A stretch of 20,822 bases of DNA from an uncultured virus (IMG/VR IMGVR_UViG_3300045999_010308). Lineage: Duplodnaviria > Heunggongvirae > Uroviricota > Caudoviricetes. The DNA lies in the IMG/VR virus record IMGVR_UViG_3300045999_010308, positions 62,001-82,822 of that record, one strand, 5' to 3'. The position numbers and the translations under genes are program-made. Under the pieces are notes generated by a model. The model was not told the DNA's origin. It searched no databases and was given only the letters and a program-made list of their open reading frames with translations. Of this stretch, positions 15,350 through 20,822 are shown in pieces (position 1 is the first letter of the stretch; each line of letters starts with the position of its first letter).

Positions 15350-15887
15350 TGATTACAAAAAAATCGTGAACAAAATAATTGACAACCTTGACCGCTTCCT
15401 TGGCTCTTGGAATAAAGTCAATATCTAAGTTAATAAACATAAAAGGGTCTTCTGTTTTTTTTGTGTTTTCTAGCTTATGGTAGCAGGATGTATTTAGTAA
15501 TAAAATATCTCCCGATTTTACTATTAGTCTTTGAGTGTCTTTTCTGCAAACTAACAGATTATCTATCCGCTTATTAATACTGCTAAAGTAATCTGTTTTT
15601 AGAAGTTTTTCTAAAGTATTATTATCTATTGTAGAAGCGTAAAGTTCATAATTGTCGCTTTGAACAACTAAAATAATTGAATATTTTTTATCTTCATCAA
15701 TGTCGTCAGTGTGCCATTCTACCCCCAACGTCCACCATAGAGAATAAGGATCAAACAAGTCTAAAGGATTGTTAATCCAATTGTGTTTTGCTCTTGCAGA
15801 AAAGGTAGTAGAATCATAAATCAATTCTACTATTTTGTTTAACTTGTCTAAATTGTGATATTTGCCTAATTTATACAGAGGGTTCAT
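15339..15887 (-). CDS. Putative 2OG-Fe(II) oxygenase/cupin-fold protein
   Basis: WHTD (HxD) ... GDILLLNTSCYH (distal His) facial-triad pattern. Confidence 0.55.
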   Translation of the reverse strand: MNPLYKLGKYHNLDKLNKIVELIYDSTTFSARAKHNWINNPLDLFDPYSLWWTLGVEWHTDDIDEDKKYSIILVVQSDNYELYASTIDNNTLEKLLKTDYFSSINKRIDNLLVCRKDTQRLIVKSGDILLLNTSCYHKLENTKKTEDPFMFINLDIDFIPRAKEAVKVVNYFVHDFFVINEE

Positions 15888-15939
15888 TTTTTTGTTTGGT
15901 TGATGATTGTTGACTGATAACTAATAACTGATCGATAAA

Positions 15940-16395
15940 CTAAGTAAATAATCTTGATGCAATACTAAGTAAATATATCCATTCTTTTTCAAGCATTAAT
16001 TCCGTTTTGGAACCGGCTATATCGAACAAACAAAAGTTAACTTCGTCTATGGGATTACCATCGTAGAATAACTCAATATCAGTATATGGGAATACTGTCA
16101 TAAAGCTAAACTTAAAGTCGGCATTTTGGCGATTTTCGCAGGTTAGTGTAGCAGAATGATCTGAATTTAGTTTTAGTTTCCAGTCAATAACTGAGGGAAA
16201 GTTTTCTTTAAAATGTTCTTCCTTTACCCATTTAGCAATTTCGTCGATTACCCATTCTTGATCTTTTTGGATAAAGTAGTGAATGCCTTCCGAGTATTTA
16301 AAAGGATAAATTAACTTTGTTTCGTACTACTTTAACTTAAAGTCTTGTGGCTCTGAGTTAATCTTAGGGAATTGTCCTATATTTATCATTGTCAT
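15940..16395 (-). pseudogene. DUF6876-like protein with an in-frame TAG at codon 23 (16327-16329)
   Basis: Manual translation MTMINIGQF...FKLK*YETK...YSEGIHYF...WVIDEIAKW...WKLKLNSDHSATLTCEN...FPYTDI...LMLEKEW; AGGAG RBS; open for 151 codons apart from one stop. Confidence 0.65.
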
Positions 16396-16445
16396 TGTTT
16401 TACTCCTAAATAATTTGTTTACTGATAACTGATACCTAGCTAAAA

Positions 16446-16661
16446 TTAATCAAAAATTGAGCAGATTATTTCTTTCATTTCTTCCGTGTAATTACATACA
16501 GGACGGCAATTTAATTGTTTATGGCAAAGATCGTAAAATTCAGCTTTACTGCCTGCTTTTTCCCATATCCAATTAATCATCTCACCGTCAATTCCTTGAT
16601 TATATGCCCACATTTGGGCTTTGCCTGTCCAGTCAGAATTGTTTTGATTGTCAGAGGTCAT
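16446..16661 (-). CDS. Hypothetical protein (71 aa)
   Basis: ORF behind family B copy 5. Confidence 0.6.
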   Translation of the reverse strand: MTSDNQNNSDWTGKAQMWAYNQGIDGEMINWIWEKAGSKAEFYDLCHKQLNCRPVCNYTEEMKEIICSIFD

Positions 16662-16673
16662 AGCTTGTTACTT

Positions 16674-16759
16674 TGTGCTTTTGCTTGCTTGATTTTATCT
16701 TGCATCATTCTCCCAGTAAAATTAACTATCTGGGAGAATAATTTCTGAACGTTTGTACT
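16674..16759 (-). promoter_or_regulatory. Family B promoter/operator, copy 5 (degenerate -35/-10, intact operator)
   Basis: ATTCTCCCAG-TAAAATTAACTAT-CTGGGAGAAT...TTTCTGAACGTTTGTACT. Confidence 0.65.
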
Positions 16760-16773
16760 GCTTGATAACTAAT

Positions 16774-17157
16774 TTAAGGCTTTTGCAAGAACAAGCACCC
16801 TAGAACGTTCGAGGGATTAGACTCATCCCGGACGATTGCACCAGGGGCAAGGCAGTCTGTGCGTCCTATCTTAGCGGCTGCCGCTGCCACTAATCCTGAC
16901 ACAATATAGTACACCTCCTCCTGATACTCAGGGAGTCCCTCGATCTCCCCGTAGATAACGGTTTCTACTGGGATACCGTCAATGGGTTCTGCGGGTTCGT
17001 TGGACATTTTGACCCGCGGGAGAATCCCGGATGCTGGGATTTCCTTGAGAACCACAATCGCCTCTTTGTTTCCCAGAAACTGTTTTTTTTCATCTTGGGT
17101 GATGCCAGCCTTGTTTAATATGGTGATGTTGTGGGGGGTAGCGTTGATAATAGTCAT
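16774..17157 (-). CDS. Conserved phage protein with N-terminal NxTPH motif; possible Crn4-like ring nuclease
   Basis: INATPHNI...IPASG..PRV...IDGIPV...EGLPE...YYIVSGLVA...RTD.LAPG..VRD...LGC pattern. Confidence 0.5.
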   Translation of the reverse strand: MTIINATPHNITILNKAGITQDEKKQFLGNKEAIVVLKEIPASGILPRVKMSNEPAEPIDGIPVETVIYGEIEGLPEYQEEVYYIVSGLVAAAAAKIGRTDCLAPGAIVRDESNPSNVLGCLFLQKP

Positions 17158-17206
17158 GGTTTTTACTCTTAATAGGTTGCTGTTTACTGATAACTGATAA
17201 CTGGTA

Positions 17207-17683
17207 TCAAAACTCTTGCCATGTCATCGGGTCGGTCATTGGCTCACAGTACCGACTTAAATCCGACGGCTCGGTATCATCATAAATAAAATCGTCTGTA
17301 GGTTCGTTACTAGGAATCTCATAGTAGCGTCCGCCACAATTTACAAGTCCCATCGTAGGGGAAATAACAAAAGATTTTTTGACGGGTTCAAATTCGATTG
17401 CGGGTAATTCGCAGCTAGGAAGTTTCCCGTCGGGGCTGAAACCACGACTTAACTTACCATTAAAAGTATCGAAAAACCATTCTTTACCAGTTTGCTGGCA
17501 CGTTACTCGGAGAGTGGTAATTTGACCCTTTCCCCATACTTCAAGGGAAACCCAGTGCTTTTGTCCTTTGGCGATCATAGTGAAATTGCCAGACATGACG
17601 GGAACGCGGTTAAATTTGACAGAAACAGGATTAGATGTTAACATGACTTTTGACCTGATAAGGGTTGACGGAAAGGCGATCAC
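17207..17683 (-). CDS. Hypothetical protein
   Basis: ORF behind the promoter at 17725-17755; start could be 17644. Confidence 0.7.
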   Translation of the reverse strand: MIAFPSTLIRSKVMLTSNPVSVKFNRVPVMSGNFTMIAKGQKHWVSLEVWGKGQITTLRVTCQQTGKEWFFDTFNGKLSRGFSPDGKLPSCELPAIEFEPVKKSFVISPTMGLVNCGGRYYEIPSNEPTDDFIYDDTEPSDLSRYCEPMTDPMTWQEF

Positions 17684-17724
17684 ACTAATTTGCAGTTGGG
17701 AGTGGTCGTCTTTCTCTATATCTG

Positions 17725-17755
17725 TATATTACCGCGAAGTTAGTAATATTGTCAA
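17725..17755 (-). promoter_or_regulatory. Promoter/operator divergent from the XRE repressor
   Basis: TTGACA-N18-TAATAT with inverted repeat ATATTAC-N10-GTAATAT. Confidence 0.65.
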
Positions 17756-17807
17756 GCATTATTCCAAAAAAAGTTATAATAAATATATTGAGTGTAAAAC
17801 TAATACA

Positions 17808-18011
17808 ATGGTACTAAAAAACAGGGTCAAGGAATTTACAGAATCTAGAGGCATCACAATCTATAAATTTGTTCAGCAAACAGGCATTGCGATGTCCACG
17901 GGGTACAAGCTATCTCAGAATCCTAATCACTTACCATCTATCACAGTTTTGCAGGCAATCTGTGATAGGTACGAGATACAGCCTAACGAAATTGTCTATT
18001 GGATTGATTGA
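17808..18011 (+). CDS. Cro/C1-type XRE HTH regulator (67 aa)
   Basis: MVLKNRVKEF..SRGITIYKFVQQTGIAMSTGYKL...PSITVLQAICDRYEIQPNEI; ATG at 17808 after TATAAT. Confidence 0.85.
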   Translation: MVLKNRVKEFTESRGITIYKFVQQTGIAMSTGYKLSQNPNHLPSITVLQAICDRYEIQPNEIVYWID

Positions 18012-18046
18012 AAAGCTAGAATTAAGGAAAATGTAGGCTAGGATAA

Positions 18047-18715
18047 ATGAAGCAAATTACGGCAATATTTAACACTTATCTGAAAAAAACTCCAGACTCA
18101 GCGTCTGATTTGAAAAAAGATGAGTTGATTTTTGTAGAAAAAAATCGAAATTATCCTGTAGATAAAGTTTTATCTGAATATGGATTACACATTCAAGTAA
18201 AACTTAGCTACGGCGCAGGTGATTGGTGGGTATTCAAACCACATTGGGATTTATCTGATTTACCTAATACTTCACTGGTAACAGCCATTTTTAAGTTTCC
18301 TGTAAGTCGATCTCCTAAGTTGATTGAAGGAATTCTGCAATTTTGTCGAGGAGATAATAAGGAAATTGAAGTAGTGGCTACCAGTGGCGCAATTGGGTAT
18401 CAATACCGAGGTGCCGAAAAAATTGTAGGTAAGGGGCAAATACCGGAAGGAAACCATTGGGAAATCAATACTAAAGGATATTGGTTAGATACAAAAGGTG
18501 TTGAAGGGATGTTTTTTCATATTACGCCTGATCCTTACAAAGGATTAGGGTTTTTTCGATCAGAACTTGGATTACATCGAGATGCTAATGTACCTGGAAG
18601 CGCAGGCTGTATTGTAGTTAGAAATAGTCAAATTTTTAACAACCAAATAGTTAGCTATTTGACTGGGTTAAGTCGGGAACAAAAAACAGTGAACTTATTA
18701 GTACAATACACTTGA
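18047..18715 (+). CDS. Putative endolysin / L,D-transpeptidase-like (Tlde1/YkuD-like) protein
   Basis: C-terminal LGLHRDANVPGSAGCIV (H...SxGC) motif; the N-terminal TYLKK....S domain resembles those of cyanobacterial cell-wall hydrolases. Confidence 0.6.
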   Translation: MKQITAIFNTYLKKTPDSASDLKKDELIFVEKNRNYPVDKVLSEYGLHIQVKLSYGAGDWWVFKPHWDLSDLPNTSLVTAIFKFPVSRSPKLIEGILQFCRGDNKEIEVVATSGAIGYQYRGAEKIVGKGQIPEGNHWEINTKGYWLDTKGVEGMFFHITPDPYKGLGFFRSELGLHRDANVPGSAGCIVVRNSQIFNNQIVSYLTGLSREQKTVNLLVQYT

Positions 18716-18741
18716 CATTCTATTTTTTGATGCGCTAATAT
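18712..18741 (+). promoter_or_regulatory. Promoter of the tRNA gene
   Basis: TTGACA-N18-TAATAT immediately 5' of the tRNA. Confidence 0.6.
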
Positions 18742-18745
18742 AAAA

Positions 18746-18818
18746 GCGGGGTGAGTGAAATGGTTTCCACATAGGCCTCATAAGCCTAAAACACTAGGTT
18801 CGACTCCTAGACCCCACA
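18746..18818 (+). tRNA. tRNA with CAT anticodon (elongator Met or Ile2)
   Basis: Acceptor GCGGGGT/ACCCCAC (one C:A mismatch), D arm GTG/CAC, anticodon arm TAGGC-CTCATAA-GCCTA, T arm CTAGG-TTCGACT-CCTAG; CCA not encoded. Confidence 0.88.
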
Positions 18819-18822
18819 CTAA

Positions 18823-19116
18823 TCAAGCAAAATTCCAATTAAGAGAATTATCAAATCCTTGAATATCGGCAAGGGCTTTTTCTCCTGATTGGGTAAGTCG
18901 ATAGTATCTTTTTTTAGCACCGGCTCTATCGTTAGATCGCTCGGTTCCCCATCGAGATTTAATGAGTCCTTTTTCCTCTAATTTCTGAAATACAGGGTAA
19001 AACGAGCCAATATCAAGGCTTCTACCTTTAGTATTGGCTATAGATTCAATTATCTGCAATCCTGACAATTCTTTATTGTAGAGAGTCCGCAAAACAAGGA
19101 TTTCTTTAGGGATCAT
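18823..19116 (-). CDS. PadR-family transcriptional regulator
   Basis: LSGLQII...IGSFYPVFQKLEEKGLIKSRW...KRYYRLTQSGEKAL. Confidence 0.9.
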   Translation of the reverse strand: MIPKEILVLRTLYNKELSGLQIIESIANTKGRSLDIGSFYPVFQKLEEKGLIKSRWGTERSNDRAGAKKRYYRLTQSGEKALADIQGFDNSLNWNFA

Positions 19117-19190
19117 TTAAATATGGTATAATATTGATACGCCCCCGCGTTAACGGGGGACTAATCACAATTACTATTACAGAGTAAATC

Positions 19191-19715
19191 ATGACTAATC
19201 CTAGTTTACAGCGTTTTGATCACGATGGTATTGAATTAATTATCAATACCGAGACTGGTGAAAGCTTTGCCTCAATTAGTGGATATGCCCGGATGTCAGG
19301 GAAAATACCTTCAACTATTTCTCGCCGTTTGACTATGAGGGGTTTGCGTGAAAAGGGTCTTGATCAAGCTCAAATCGAGACAGCAGGCGGATTACAAGGT
19401 GTTGCATTGATCCCAGAAGATTTAATCTGTCAGTGGTTAATTAAAGACAATCACGAACTAGCCCTAAAAGTAATGCAGTTGGGCGTTCGCTTATTCCTTC
19501 ACACCTTAGCCGGTTTTCAGGTCAAAAGTGAGGCAATTGAGACTAACAAGCAACTTGAGAGCCAAGTCGCTGAATTGACTGCCAAAATCGACAAATTGGA
19601 TTATCGAGAAGTTGACTATATCGATGAAATCCTCGGCTTAAAAGACCGAATTAAAAAGCTTGAGAGCGAGAACTCTACTCTAGAGGAACAAATCGAGTTA
19701 ATGGGGGGATATTAG
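19191..19715 (+). CDS. Phage antirepressor-like DNA-binding protein, paralog 2
   Basis: LQRFDHDGIELIINTETGESFASISGYARMSG...; paralog of 7186-7890 with a different coiled-coil tail. Confidence 0.65.
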   Translation: MTNPSLQRFDHDGIELIINTETGESFASISGYARMSGKIPSTISRRLTMRGLREKGLDQAQIETAGGLQGVALIPEDLICQWLIKDNHELALKVMQLGVRLFLHTLAGFQVKSEAIETNKQLESQVAELTAKIDKLDYREVDYIDEILGLKDRIKKLESENSTLEEQIELMGGY

Positions 19716-19779
19716 GTGAAAAGCAGTAAATAAGGTTACTTACTGCTAAAATAAAAAACAATTGATAACTGATAAAGCT

Positions 19780-19808
19780 AACCCCTGTAATCTCTACAGG
19801 GGTTTTTT
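19780..19808 (+). terminator. Intrinsic terminator
   Basis: AACCCCTGTA-ATCTC-TACAGGGGTT followed by a T-tract. Confidence 0.75.
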
Positions 19809-19841
19809 GTTGTCTAATGTTCGGAGATTGGCTAGTTGTTA

Positions 19842-20506
19842 GATTGTTAATAGATTGTAAACAAAGCTATTAACAATGGAATCCTTGATATATATAGATT
19901 TCAGACTTTGTTTATATTGTTAGCCTTGTTCCCGTGTCAGAATTTTTTATGTTTTTATTGCTGACCTCGATTAATTAGATTGTTAGTTTGTAAATAGATT
20001 GTAAATAAGAGTATTTACAAAGATAGAAAAGATGAAAGTATTGATATATATAGCTTTCATTATTTTTGTACTTCTTTGTTGATATTGTTGATGATTACCC
20101 CGTGTGTATTTTTTGCCTTATTGTTGAGTCTGTTTCTTTTTATTGTTGACCTTGTTTGTTTTCTTTATCTTTTTTCTCTCTATAGAGCATCAACAATATC
20201 TACAAAGCCTAAAACCTAGTCGGGGTAAGGGTTTTGATTGTAGATAACCTTATTAACAATTGAATTACAAAAAGAACAAATTAGAGATAAAGCACTTCTC
20301 GCTTTTAAAATTCTCTGATTAGCCGAAAATACGGCATTTTGTCAATAGAGTCAGTTTTGCGTTTAATCACTTTTATTGCTGACTTTGCTGTATATCTTCT
20401 TTTCTCTCTTTTCCTCTATAAGGCATCGACAATATCTACAAAGTCTAAAGCCTATACTCAGCAAGGGTTTCGATTGTCGATAACCTTATTAACAATCTAT
20501 CTACAA
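19842..20506. repeat. Cluster of four ~80-bp iteron-like elements (19842-19922 +, 19986-20093 +, 20188-20261 -, 20424-20506 -)
   Basis: The reverse complement of 20424-20506 aligns along its length with 6645-6728; same TTGTnnAT box layout. Confidence 0.7.
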
Positions 20507-20769
20507 CCTAACAACCGCTCTGTAGTATTTGTAGTATATGTAATACGGATAGATAAAAAAAATACCGCTCCCTCGTAGGGCGGTAATCCAAGTCAATCTT
20601 TAAAAAAATTCTCTCATAGTCTTAATAGAATTGTCAAGACAAAAAAATAAACGCGCTCCCGGGTGCGGTATAAAAGAGCGCGGCGGTGTAAATATGTTTT
20701 CCTTTTAATTATATCTCAAAAAAGAAAATTCAAGATATAATAATACAAGAAACAGTACGCACCTCATCG

Positions 20770-20822
20770 ATGGCTCAAAAAGTCCTTACTGGTAACTATT
20801 TTCTTAAAGGGCAATCGTATCC
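20770..20822 (+). CDS. Start of an unidentified gene (partial)
   Basis: MAQKVLTGNYFLKGQSY.. open to the window edge, with TATAAT upstream. Confidence 0.35.
   Translation, partial: MAQKVLTGNYFLKGQSY

Noticed and set aside
10781..16329. Stop-codon reassignment
   Set aside because: The two interrupting stops differ (TAA, TAG), both codons end other genes normally, and no suppressor tRNA is present.
1..20822. Complete DGR (RT, Avd, template repeat)
   Set aside because: No RT motifs in any ORF and no second copy of the VR seen in the window.

Overview
AT-rich segment of a cyanobacterial temperate phage or prophage, probably from Microcystis (inferred from intergenic (CTGATAA)n heptamer runs and a CRISPR-repeat-like motif). 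It contains a partial HK97 gp10-like virion gene, a divergent small/large terminase pair, a ParB-like gene next to a C5 DNA methyltransferase broken by one in-frame stop, a tRNA(CAT), a probable endolysin, several HTH regulators and two inverted paralogous antirepressor-like modules. Most of the rest is short minus-strand 'early/accessory' genes, each behind a copy of one of three repeated promoter/operator families. The most unusual part is 8.1-10.3 kb. It holds a solitary CRISPR repeat-spacer-degenerate repeat unit under its own promoter, the same Cas6-type hairpin reused in the 5' leaders of two adjacent genes, and a separate promoter driving an ORF-less tandem structured RNA. Together these suggest an RNA-based anti-CRISPR or CRISPR-sensing island (inference). 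Also notable are a stand-alone FGE/CLec protein whose 3' end has a DGR variable-region signature (no RT or template in the window), a candidate Crn4-like ring nuclease, and eight copies of an ~80-bp iteron-like element. Family assignments come from motif recognition only; no searches were run.
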